Source: Octopus vulgaris
Taxonomy: Eukaryota
DNA: 64,000 nucleotides
Assembly: GCA_951406725.2 (NCBI GenBank)
Contig: OX597815.1
Location: 158,162,001-158,226,000 of the forward strand
Direction of reading: 5' to 3'
Shown here: positions 1 through 11,750 of the stretch, in pieces
Layout of the letters: every line of letters begins with the position of its first letter
Numbering within the stretch: the stretch's first letter is position 1
Translations under genes and position numbers: made by a program
The notes under the pieces: generated by a model
Seen by the model: only the letters and a program-made list of their open reading frames with translations
What the model was told of the DNA's origin: nothing
Database searches by the model: none

Positions 1-1044
1 AAGGTTCTAAGACCGCAAAAGCTGCTTGCGACATTTGTGCTGTGTTGGAGAAGGTGCCATAGCTCGTGATTGTAATGCCAAGTTCAAAAATGGAAATTTT
101 GACCTCAAAGATGCACCTTATTCTGGCCATCCAGTTGAGTTCGATGAAGGGTGATTACACCCACTTTTGCATGAAAATGCTCATCAAACAACAAGGGAAC
201 TGGCAGAGAAAATGGAATGCTCCCACACTGCTATAGAGAAGCATCTTCACTCGATGGAAAAGGTTCAGAAGTATGGAGCATGGGTTCTGCATGCTTTAAA
301 TGACAACAACAAAAATAAGCGAGCCATGATCTCTGCTGGTTTACTTGCTCGTCACCGTTCAACTCATGGACACAAGCAATGATTTCTTTACCGAATCGTT
401 AGTGGCGATGAAAAATGGTGCCTGTACATCATTATGAAGCAGCATAAGGAATGGCTTAGCCCCAGTAAACAAGCGACTCCACACGTGAAACAAGATCTTT
501 ATCCATGTAAAACGTGCATATGGTGGGACTGGGAAGGGATTATCCATTACGAATTGCTTAAAAGGAACCAAATGATCAACACGGAACTCTATGTCCAACA
601 GATGGAACGACTCAATACGGCTATTCAAGAGAAAAAAACATAATTGTCAGTTTATGGATTTCTTCTGCTGTATGACAACGCCTGTCTGCATATCACCAAT
701 ATGAGCAAAGAAGCCATTCAGACACATGGCAGGGAAGTGCTGCCACACCTGCCGTACTCTCCTGATTTGCCACCAACAAATTTCCACCTCTTTCAATCTC
801 TTTCAAATGCTATGCGCAGAGTTTCGTTCAATACTGATGCAGAATTGAGAGCTTGGTTGGATCAATTTTTCGAGTTGAAATTGGGGTGATTTCTACCAAC
901 GAGGTATTAAAAATTTGGTTGAACATTCGGAAGAAGTTGTAAACAATAAGGGTGAATACATTTTTGATGAATTAGTTATTTTTCATTAAACCTGTAAAAA
1001 AATTTAAATTTAAAAAAACGACAGGAAATTAGTTGCCAATCTAA
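1..1044 (+). mobile_element. Mariner (DD34D) DNA transposon, 5' part outside window, transposase disrupted
   Basis: Frameshifted pieces give the HTH (TTRELAEKMECSHTAIEKHL), AWVLHAL (WVPHEL-like), IVSGDEKW, YDNACLH and YSPDLPPTNFHLF (YSPDLAPSD-like). The right end ...GTTGCCAATCTAA is followed by TA at 1045-1046. Confidence 0.93.
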
Positions 1045-1079
1045 TATATAATATATATTTATATACAATATACTATATG

Positions 1080-1403
1080 TGAAGGTGTGTGGCTTAGTGG
1101 TTAGGGCATTCGGCTCACGATTGTAAGGTCGTGAGTTCAATTCCCGGCAATGTGTTGTGTCCTTGAGCAAGACACTTTATTTCACATTGCTCCAGTCCAC
1201 TCAGCTGGCAAAAATGAGTTGTACATGTATTTCAATAGGCCGGCCTTGTCACACTTTGTGTCATGCTGAATCTCCCTGAGAACTATGTTAAGGGTACGTG
1301 TGTCTGTGGATTGCTCAGTCATTTGTACGTTAATTTTATGAGCAGGTTGTTCCATCGATTGTATCAGCTGGGACTCTTGTCGTCGTAACTGACGGAGTGC
1401 TCC
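1080..1403 (+). mobile_element. tRNA-derived SINE with CORE-like central box
   Basis: A box TGGCTTAGTGG, B box GAGTTCAATTCCC, CORE-like TGTCCTTGAGCAAGACACTT. The head is shared with 56472-56725. Confidence 0.85.
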
Positions 1404-1929
1404 TATATACATATAATTTAGATAACTTGGATATGTTTCGACCAAAGATTGGTCCAGGCCATGTCTAACTTATATATATATATAGGAGCACTCCGTCAGT
1501 TATGACGACGAGAGTCCCAGCTGATACGATCGAGAGTCCCAGCTGATACGTTCGAGAGTCCCAGCTGATACGATATATATATATATATATGAATAAATTG
1601 AATGATATGCAAGTGTTATTCCAGAAGAAATAAAATGATGTAAAAGAAGGCAATCTTCTCATCAGGGAAAGAAAGAAACCAAACACATCAATAAGATATT
1701 TTGACAGAATATAAATATAACATACATATCTAATATATAATATATAATATATAAAATGTATAATATATATAAAAATATATGTATATATATTTGATATATA
1801 TATTTAATATATACATAAATATATTCACACATAATGTATAATATATATACATATAAATCTCCCCCTCCCTATTATAGATATATATGTGTGTGTGTAAATA
1901 TAACATATATATATAAATCTATCTATCTA

Positions 1930-1964
<35 letters not shown>

Positions 1965-2159
1965 AATATAAATTAAATTATTTATATGATATATATCAAA
2001 TATAAATTAAAAACAGAACACAAAGGATATCGTGGTACACGTGTTTCAAGCTTTTAATTTATATTTGAGATATTCTCTCACCTCTGCCACTATCTGGCAT
2101 ATACAGGTGCTTACACTTATCAAGTATTCACTCTAAATTTACAGTACCTATATATATAA

Positions 2160-2194
2160 TCAACCCGTGCTAGCGTGGAAAACGGACGTTAAAC

Positions 2195-2230
<36 letters not shown>
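2160..2230 (+). mobile_element. RTE LINE extreme 3' end with (GAT)n tail
   Basis: CAACCCGTGCTAGCGTGGAAAACGGACGTTAAACG(ATG)n matches the 3' ends at ~14280-14330 and ~24770-24825. Confidence 0.85.
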
Positions 2231-2279
<49 letters not shown>

Positions 2280-2282
<3 letters not shown>

Positions 2283-2482
2283 GCCGTGATAGATGATTAA
2301 CCACTACACACGTTTTTTTTTCTCTCTTTTTTTTTTCTCGCCTTGCTTTTTCTGTGTCCCTTTCTGTAGAAGAGCGTAGGCTCGAAACGTAAAAGACTTT
2401 TTCTATTCCTGAGCATTATAATACATCTGTTTGTTTTGTACACCACCTGTCTTCGTTTTTCGTTTTTGCGTAAACTTCCCCT
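2280..2482 (+). mobile_element. ~200-nt non-coding PLE-derived repeat carrying a minimal hammerhead-like motif (2360-2395)
   Basis: CTTT-CTGTAGA-A-GAGC GTAG GCTC-GAAACGTA-AAAG. Homologous to 6060-6266 (-) and 60103-60332 (+); flanked by (TA)n. Confidence 0.72.
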
Positions 2483-2657
2483 ATATATATATATATATCT
2501 TTAATAAATATAATTAGGGTTAAGCAACTTGTTGCTTAACCACATTTAGAAATAGCAGTCAAAGGCCGCTTAATCCTTTTTGCTACAGATATTACTCCAC
2601 AGATAACATTACTTGTAACTCACATAGGCAAAAGAAGAAAAATAACGAAATCAAATA

Positions 2658-2709
<52 letters not shown>

Positions 2710-2726
2710 TATATATATAGTATATA

Positions 2727-3242
2727 TCATCATCATCATCATCATTGTTTAATATCCGCTTTCCATGCTAGCATAGGTTGGACGATATGACTGAAGCCTG
2801 GCAAACTAGATGGCTGCACCAGGCTCCAATCTGATCTGGAAGAGTTTCAACAGCTGGATGCCCTTCCTAACGCCAACCACTCTGAGAGTGTAGTGGGTGC
2901 TTTCAGGTGCCACCTGCACAAGAGCCAGTCAGGTGGTATTGGCAATATTCATACTCAAGAGGTGTTTTTTATGTGCCACCTGCACAAGAGCCAGTCCAGC
3001 GGCACTGGTAATGACCTTGCTCAAATGTTTTTTCCACGTGCCAGTACAGCAATGCTGGTAACGATCACGTTTGAATGGTGCTTTTTACATGCCACTGGTA
3101 CGGAAGCCATTCAGCTGCTCTAGCAGTAATCACACACGGATGGTGCTCTTAGCACTCCACTGGCAACTGTGTCAGTCATCGAATTTGTGAATTTGATTTG
3201 ATTTTGATTTCACTTGCCTCAACAGGTCTTTGCAAGTGGAGT
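2727..3242 (-). mobile_element. RTE LINE 3' UTR fragment
   Basis: (CAT)n followed by the reverse complement of the 3' UTR seen at 13800-14330. Confidence 0.85.
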
Positions 3243-3260
3243 TATTATATATATAATACA

Positions 3261-3307
<47 letters not shown>

Positions 3308-3392
3308 GATATTTACATATATACATATACATATGTATATATAGTATATATGTGTGTGTGTGTGTTTGTGTGTATGTGTGTGTTTGTGTGTG

Positions 3393-3429
<37 letters not shown>

Positions 3430-3514
3430 ATATATGTATATATATACTCACACACATATGTATACACATATACATACACTATATATGCATACATATATAT
3501 GTGTATGTATATAG

Positions 3515-3545
<31 letters not shown>

Positions 3546-3689
3546 TATTAAAGTGAGTTTGGCAGGTTATATTATCCAGATGGATACTCTATTAGCTCTC
3601 AGTCAAGTTCCAGTTGGCTGCTAGCCACAATGATCACCAGTATCTAATGTCTGTGACTACAATTAGTTGTTAATCACCCCATAAATATA

Positions 3690-4308
3690 TCCTAACACCA
3701 ACCACTCCGAGAGTGTAGTGGGTGCTTTTATGTGCCACCGGCATGAGGGCCAATCAGGCAGTACTGGCAACGTCCACGCTCAAATGGTGTTTTTATGTGC
3801 CACCTGCACAGGAGTCAGTCCAGCGGCATTGGCAACGACCTCACTTGAATGTTTTTTTCATGTGCCACCAGCACAAGTGCCAGTAAGGATGGTGCTCTTA
3901 GCACTCCACTAGCACGGATGCCAGTCATCGAATTTGATTTTGATTTCGATTTCACTTGTCTCAACAGAGTTTAGTGTCTAATGAAGGAAAGGTACACATA
4001 AGAGGGCTGGTTACACCCCCGACATTGGCCACGAGGTTATAATCTCATTTCTTTGCAAGCACAGCATATTTCCAAAGGTCCCAGTCACTCGTCATTGACT
4101 CGGTGAGGCCTAAAGTTCGAAGGTCATGCATCACCACTTCATCCCAGGTCTTCCTGGGTCTACTGCTTCCACAAATTCCCTCAACTGCTAGGGTGTGGTA
4201 CTTTTTCACCCAGCTATCCCCATCCATTCTTACCACATGGCCATACCAGCGCAGTCGTCTCTCTTGCATACTACATCTGATGCTTCTTAAGTCCAACTTT
4301 TCTCTCAA
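3690..4308 (-). mobile_element. RTE LINE fragment (ORF C-terminus plus 3' UTR)
   Basis: ORF 4045-4308 [27 protein letters not shown]...[10 protein letters not shown] matches the RTE C-terminus at 20781-21050. Confidence 0.92.
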
Positions 4309-4619
4309 GTTATATATATAATATATATGTACATAAAATATATATATATGTAAAATTTATAATATAATTATACACCGTTGGATCTGGGGAGAGACATTTT
4401 CTTTTTGTGTCTTATAATTTAACACACTCACCAGTAAAATTTCATTTTCCTAAAATTTTTGTTGCATCTTGCAACCTTTTCAGTAGTCAAGACAACTGAA
4501 AATGTTACAAGACGTTTATGTTAAAAAACAATTTTAGAATGACATTTTCCTGTCAAAACACTAAAAATAATTGACCAAAAAAAAAAAAAAAAAAACCCAA
4601 CCAAGTTTCAAAATCAAAA

Positions 4620-5309
4620 AATAAACCCAAATACTAAGTGAACAAAGATGCGCGCTCACACACAAACACACATTCACATACCTCCCCTTTAACATAAACA
4701 GACATATATTCACACAGAGTTGAAACGCAGGTTGATTTATTTTTCAGCATACAGTTTTCATCATCCCACTACCAAGTATGACATCACCCCTTCCTTATCC
4801 ATCAATCACCCCTTCCTTTCTCATTCATAAACACAAGAGTATTATTATAGTAGATTATCTTGGTAACCATGGGAGCTATGAAAAAATATGACATCACCCC
4901 TTCCTTCCTTATTCATCTGTCAACCCTTCTTTTCTCATTCATAAACAAAAGAGTATTATTATAGTAGATTATATCAGTAACCATGAGAGCTAGGAAAAAA
5001 ATGACATAACCCCTTCCTTCCTTATTTATATATCACCCCTTCCTTTGTCATTCATAAACACAAGAGTATTATTATAGTAGATTATCTTGGAAACCATGGG
5101 AGCTATGAAAAAAATGCAAAGCCCATCATCACCACTGGATCATCATACACATCTGTGCAATTTTTTGCGCAATTCCACCCAACCGTTTGAGCGTGAATTC
5201 TCAACCGTTTGAGCGCGAATTCCCAACCGTTTGAGCGTAAATTCCCAACCGTTTGAGCGTGAATTCCAAGACAAGACAGAATCGCCTATGTCAAATTTAT
5301 ATGTATAGA
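4620..5309 (-). mobile_element. Non-autonomous Helitron-like fragment with internal tandem repeats
   Basis: TC-type 5' end (reverse complement of TTTATATGTATAGA at 5309). Three ~120-bp units each end in TATTATTATAGTAGAT. Four 21-22-bp CCCAACCGTTTGAGCGTGAATT repeats at ~5178-5265. No 3' hairpin/CTAG seen. Confidence 0.5.
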
Positions 5310-5317
5310 TATATAAC

Positions 5318-5355
<38 letters not shown>

Positions 5356-5628
5356 TACATACATATATATCATATATGAATATATAGTATATATATATAA
5401 TGTATATATATTCATAATATAATATATAAAACATATATATATATATACATAATATAATATAGTCCAACCCATGCTAGCATGGAAAATGGACGTTAAACGA
5501 TGATGAATATATAATATGTATATATAAACATAATATAATATATATACATATATATATACACACACACATATATATATACATATATCATATATATATATAT
5601 ATAATATAAACTATATATACAATATATA

Positions 5629-5990
5629 CTCTTTTACTTGTTTCCGTCGTTTGACTGTGGCCATGCTGGAGCACAACTTTTAGTCGAGCAAATTGACCCA
5701 AGGACTTATTCTTTGTAAGCCTAGTACTTATTCTATTGGTCTCTTATGCCGAACCGCTAAGTTACGGCGATGTAAACACACCAGCATTGGTTGTCAAATG
5801 ATGTTGGGAGGACAAACACAGACGCACAAACACACATATATCTACATATACATATATACAACGGGCTTCTTTCAGTTTCCGTCTACCAAATTCATGCCCA
5901 AGACTATAGTAGAAGACACTTGCCCAAGGTGCCATGCAGTGGGACCGAACCTGGAACCATGTGGTTGGTAAGCAAGCTACTTACCACATA
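5629..5990 (-). mobile_element. Abundant tRNA-derived CORE-type SINE; further copies or fragments at ~6820-7193(-), 11200-11597(-), 16620-16830(+), 16890-17230(+), 26385-26545(-), 48760-49050, 56885-57030(-), 58570-58715(-)
   Basis: Recurrent blocks GAAGACACTTGCCCAAG (CORE-like), GGACTGAACC (B box, reverse strand), CTTTCAGTTTCCGTCTACCAAA and GGCCATGCTGGAGCA. Confidence 0.88.
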
Positions 5991-6059
5991 TCTATTATAT
6001 ATACATATATATATACACACATGCTATATATATATACACACACATACTATATATATATA

Positions 6060-6266
6060 GGGAGAGTTTACGAAAAAAACAAAAGACGGAGACATGTGGT
6101 GTACAAAACAAACAGATGTATTAGTATAACACTCAGGAATGAAAAAAGTCTTTTACGTTTCAAGCCTACGCTCTTCTACAGAAAGGGACACAGAAAAAAA
6201 ACAAGGAGAGAAAAAAACAAGTAGAGAAAAAAATGTGTGTAGTGGCTAACGATCAATCATGGTGAC
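6060..6266 (-). mobile_element. Second copy of the ~200-nt hammerhead-bearing repeat (motif 6148-6189)
   Basis: Reverse complement reads GTCCCTTT-CTGTAGA-A-GAGCGTAGGCTT-GAAACGTA-AAAGAC. Confidence 0.72.
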
Positions 6267-6381
6267 ATATATATGTACATATATACAATATATATGGACA
6301 TATACGTAATACATTTATAAAAAATATATAAACATATATAATGCTTATATATATACATATATACATATATATATATATATA

Positions 6382-6522
6382 CAAAATAAGAAAATGGAGA
6401 AATACATCCAAATCAAATATCAATTACCAGATAATACCCAATCACATACTTTATTAAACCACGCAGTATATTGGATATATGTTATCCCATGGAGGGTTGC
6501 ATTTACAACCCCTATCTCAATT
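6382..6522. mobile_element. Short 5'-inverted copy of the 3' end of the PLE-like element at 18180-19112
   Basis: 6382-6462 is a diverged reverse complement of 18859-18938, and 6463-6522 is a direct near-copy of 19053-19112. Confidence 0.75.
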
Positions 6523-6524
6523 TG

Positions 6525-6559
<35 letters not shown>

Positions 6560-6981
6560 GTATTATACATATATACACATATATATATATATATTATATA
6601 TATACACATATATATATAACATGTAGTGTCCATATATATATATAATATATATGTATATATATTATATATATGTACATAGACACACAAACACACACATATA
6701 TATATATATAGTGAGAGAGAGAGAGAGAGAGAGATACATATACATAATATATATATACAGAAATATATTACATGAACACACATATATAACATACATACAT
6801 ATATATATATACTCTCTCTCTCTTTTCCTCTTTTACTCTTTTACTTGTTTCAGTCATTTGAAAGCGGCCATGCTGGAGCAGCGCCTTTAGTCGAGCAAAT
6901 CGACCCCGGGACTTATTCTTTGTAAGCCTAGTACTTATTCTATCGGTCTCTTTTGCCGAACCGCTAGGGAGACAAACACAG

Positions 6982-7038
<57 letters not shown>

Positions 7039-7194
7039 TACGACAGGCTTCTTTCAGTTTCCGTCTACCAAATCCACTCACAAGGCCTGGGGCTATAGCA
7101 GAAGACACTTGCCCAAGATGCCATGCAGTGGGATTGAACCCGGAACCATGTGGTTGGTTAACAAGCTACTTACCACACAGCCACTCCTGCGCAC

Positions 7195-7253
<59 letters not shown>

Positions 7254-7254
<1 letters not shown>

Positions 7255-8420
7255 TAGCAGTATCGCCCGGCGTTGCTCGGGTTGTAAGGGAAATAACTAT
7301 ATAAGCATTTTTAGAGAGTTATAGCAAAAAAATAGCAAAAAAATGCATTAAAAATTGAAAAAAAATTAAGGTAATTTTTTTTTTTAAATCGTTGACACAT
7401 CGTAGATATTTTTAGAGAGTTACTTCCCTTATATAAAAGCGAAAAAAATGCATTAAAATGGAAAAATATGATGGTAAATTTTTTTAAAATCGTAGACTCA
7501 TCGTAGACGCACGCTAATACCCAGAAGGGCTCGATATGAATCACGACTATAAGATACCCGCTTTTGGTTAAACTGCACCGCAAAATGTGGGAGTAGTTAC
7601 GAATCTAAATCGAAGGGGACAGACACACAACTTCACTCTTATATAAAGATGGTTTTTTTTTCAGTCATAGAGTTAGATTTATGAAGGTCTTCAGTAGAAA
7701 ATCCTTCGAATTCTGACTCGCTGCTTGATATAATGAAATTCGTATCCATTTTTTGTCAGAATTACAAATTTTGAAAACACAATAGGAACAAATTTCGGAA
7801 AAAAATCTCCCATAATTCACGGAATTAAAATTACACTTCGATTTTTGTACAAAACTGTATTTGAAGTGTTTACGAAGTATAATACGTGTTTTCACGAATG
7901 TACTAAAGAGATTTACTCTGATATTCTCATTTAAATATGAATAGGTAAATTCGGGCGGTTTGGTAACAAAAGGGTTTATATAAGTGTCGTCTGTTTATAC
8001 ATAAACACTGTTTCATACTTTCAGTTTAGTCTTGCTCAAATCACTCGCTAATTTACTCTCTTCCAAGAACATTTTCACTCACTGTTATCTGTTAGCTTCC
8101 CATACATTTTACTCATGTATCTATCAGCGTGATAGACAGAAACAAATATTACATTTACTTTCATTTTATTCGTCGCACACTGTGTGTGTGCGTTTGCGTG
8201 TGGTGTAAAGCAGACTAAGAAAAGCATTTGACACCCACACCAGAATGTGAGTTTTCTGTAAATTTTGCTTAATTGGAGTTTAAATTTTAAAAACTGGACC
8301 TGGCATGACACGATGCATTGTACTGTTAAAAATGCCAGGTAAATTGTAATTGAAGAAATCGTATATTGTAGATTTGTATAACTCCCAAAGGGAGGCAGAT
8401 AAAATCTGCCTTTTATAATA

Positions 8421-8423
<3 letters not shown>
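7254..8423 (-). mobile_element. Composite non-autonomous Helitron
   Basis: On the minus strand the 3' hairpin CCCGAGCAACGCCGGG is followed by CTAG (7254-7257). TC-type 5' ends at 7649 and 8423 (TCTTATTATAAAAGGCAG). Confidence 0.75.
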
Positions 8424-8478
<55 letters not shown>

Positions 8479-9115
8479 CTAGCAGTATCGCCCGGCGTTG
8501 CTCGGGTTTGTAAGGGAAATAACTATATAAGCATTTTTAGAGAGTTATAGCCCAAAAATAGCAAAAAATGCATTAAAAATGGAAAAAATATGATGGTAAA
8601 TTTTTTTTTAAATCGTTGATTCATCGTAGACATTTTTAGAGAGTTACTTCCCTTATATAATAGCGAAAAAATGCATTAAAATGGGAAAAAAACGATGGTA
8701 AATTTTTTTTTAAATCGTAGACTTATGTAGACGCTTTCTTAGCCATTTCTGTTTTGGTGTCTTCAAGCCATGAAGTCGTTGTTCTAAAAGAACACTGGTC
8801 TCCTTGACAACGCATTACGACGTTGATTTCCTTACACTCCCTTCCCCACAGGTGCAGGTGTGAGCGTGGACGCCAACTCCGCCGCCATCGACACACGAAA
8901 AATTATGCATTAAAATGGAATAAAAAATGATGTTAAATTATTTTTAAAATCGTAGACTCATCGTAGACGCGCGCTAATATTCAGACGGGCTCGATATGAA
9001 TCACGACTATAAGCTACCCGAATTTGGTTAAACTGTACCGCAAAATGTGGGAGTAGTTAGGAATCTAAATCGAAGGGGACAGACACTCACACAACTACAG
9101 TTTTATATATATAGA
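8479..9115 (-). mobile_element. Non-autonomous Helitron, same family as 7254-7649
   Basis: Identical CTAGCAGTATCGCCCGGCGTTGCTCGGG 3' end; 5' end TCTATATATATAAAAC on the minus strand. Confidence 0.8.
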
Positions 9116-9119
9116 TATA

Positions 9120-9500
9120 CATAGCGCAGTAGTGGTGAGATATGACAGCAAAGAAAAGCATACATTCACTCTCTCTGCATGCAATTAGACTCGGAAAGTT
9201 CGTGAGGAACCCATTGACCCAATTTGCTGACTTTTCCGATAGCACACAGGTGTCAATGAATGGTTGAATGACCAAATCCAAGCTTCTCTGCTAGTTCCTC
9301 AACAGTTACGATGATATTTTGTTCCACCAGGGTTTTCAGGATGTCCTTGTCGAGTTCTACAGATCTTTCAGGATGAGGCTCGTCTTCTAGGCTGTAGTTT
9401 ATGGCTCGGGATTTCTGGAACCACCATTGACACTGCCTTACGCTTATTGTCCAATCCCCATATACTGCATTAATATTTCTTGTACTTTGCACACATTTAT
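9120..9500 (-). mobile_element. Mariner transposase N-terminal fragment
   Basis: RNINAVYG...QCQWWFQK...SLEDEPHPERSVELD...TVEELAEKLG and GKVSKLGQWVPHELSE. Confidence 0.88.
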
Positions 9501-9552
9501 ATTCTGTTATTCTTTTATATATTTCAGCCTTGAGGTTGTGGCCATGCTGGAT

Positions 9553-9583
<31 letters not shown>

Positions 9584-9881
9584 CTATCTGTCTGTCTGTC
9601 TGTATGTATATATATGTATATGTATGTGTGTGAACAATAATATTTTCAACAGATGTGTTGCAAATGTATCTGATTGTTCTCAAGCTTCAATACTGTGTGT
9701 GTGTGTATGTGTGTGTGTGTATGTATGTATGTATATGTATGTATGTATGTATATGTATGTATGTATGTATGTGTGTATGTATGTATGTGTGTGTGTATGT
9801 ATGTGTGTGTGTATGTGTGTGTGTGTGTGTGTATATGTATGTATGTATGTATGTATGTATGAGTGTATGTTTACTTTATTA

Positions 9882-10285
9882 CTAATTACTCTCTTCCAAG
9901 AACATTTTCACTCACTCTTAGCTCTTAGCTTCCCATACATTTTACTCATGTATCTATCAGCGTCATAGACAGAATACTTTCACTTTAGTCTTCCTCAAAT
10001 CACTCTGTCGCTATTTACTTTCATTTTATTCGTTGCCCACTGTGTGTGTGCGTTTGCGTGTGGTGTAAACCAGACTAAGAAAAGCATTTGACACACACAC
10101 CAGAATGTGAGTTTTCTGTAAATTTTGCTTAATTGGAGTTTAAATTTTAAAAACTGGACCTGGCATGACGCGATGCATTGTACTCTTAAAAATGCTAGGT
10201 AAATTGTAATTGAAGAAATCCTATATTGTAGATTTGTATAACTCCCAAAGGGAGGCAGATAAAATCTGCCTTTTATAATAAGAGA
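9882..10285 (-). mobile_element. Helitron 5' module, duplicate of ~8040-8423
   Basis: Near-identical sequence including the palindrome GGCAGATAAAATCTGCC and the TC-type terminus. Confidence 0.75.
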
Positions 10286-10286
10286 T

Positions 10287-10599
10287 ATGTAAAGTCTAGA
10301 AGCCATCTTATCATGGCTAACCACATTGGGGAGGGGGTGTTACTGTAGCTTTATAGCCCCAAGAGATCTTCGTCTCAAGCTGGCTTTAAACACAATATCA
10401 GTGTCCTTGGAGTATTTGCAAAGGGAGGCCATCCCTTCCTCGCAAGCCTGAGTGATACCTTCCCTTTGCAAATACTCCAAGGACACTGATATTGTGTCTA
10501 AAGCCAGCTTGAGACGAAGATCTCTTGGGGCTATAAAGCTACAGTAACACCCCTCCCCAGTGTGGTTAGCCATGATAAGATGGCTTTTATACTTTACAT
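10287..10599. repeat. Foldback/MITE-like palindrome with ~140-bp arms
   Basis: ATGTAAAG...TTTGCAAAGGGA is complementary to TCCCTTTGCAAA...CTTTACAT with few mismatches and a ~30-nt loop. Confidence 0.9.
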
Positions 10600-10649
10600 T
10601 ATCGGGCGATTACTGTTTCAATCTCATTCTGAGATTTAATTATGCTTAT

Positions 10650-11156
<507 letters not shown>

Positions 11157-11750
11157 TATACATTTATATATTTTATACATTTTATACTGATATAATAGGT
11201 ACTTTTACTCTAATTTTCTCAGTCATTTGACTGAGGCCATGCTGGACAACTGCGTATAGTTGTAGAAATTGACCCTAGGACTTATACTTTGCAAGGATAA
11301 TATTTTTTTCTATCATTTTCTTTTGCTGAAAGTTACGGGGACATAAACATACCAGCATTGGTTGTGAAGTGATGGTGGTGTGACAAAAACAGACACACAC
11401 ACTCATTTACACACAGACACATACCCACACATGCAATAGGCTTCTTTCTGTTTCCATCTACCAAATGCACTCTCAACGCTCCCATTGGCCCGAGGCTATA
11501 GCAGAAGACATTTGTCCAAGATGCCATACAGTGGGACTGAACCTGGAACCATGTTACTGGTAAGCCAGCTACTTACTACACAACCACTCCTGCACCTATA
11601 TATTCAAATATGTAACATCTATATACATATATATAATACATATAGATTATATACATATATAAAGATATATACTCACACGTGATATATATATATATGTATA
11701 TATATTATATATATGTATATTTATTATATATATAATATATATACATATGT

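Noticed and set aside
1085-1150. tRNA gene
   Set aside because: A and B boxes are present but continue into a SINE body; this is a tRNA-derived SINE head.
2030-2130. Minus-strand GAAAC-ACGT-GTA half hammerhead (similar half motif at ~1430)
   Set aside because: No intact CUGANGA or stem I could be paired; not counted.
5178-5265. Short regular repeats resembling a CRISPR array
   Set aside because: Head-to-tail 21-22-bp units with no unique spacers, no cas genes and a eukaryotic context.
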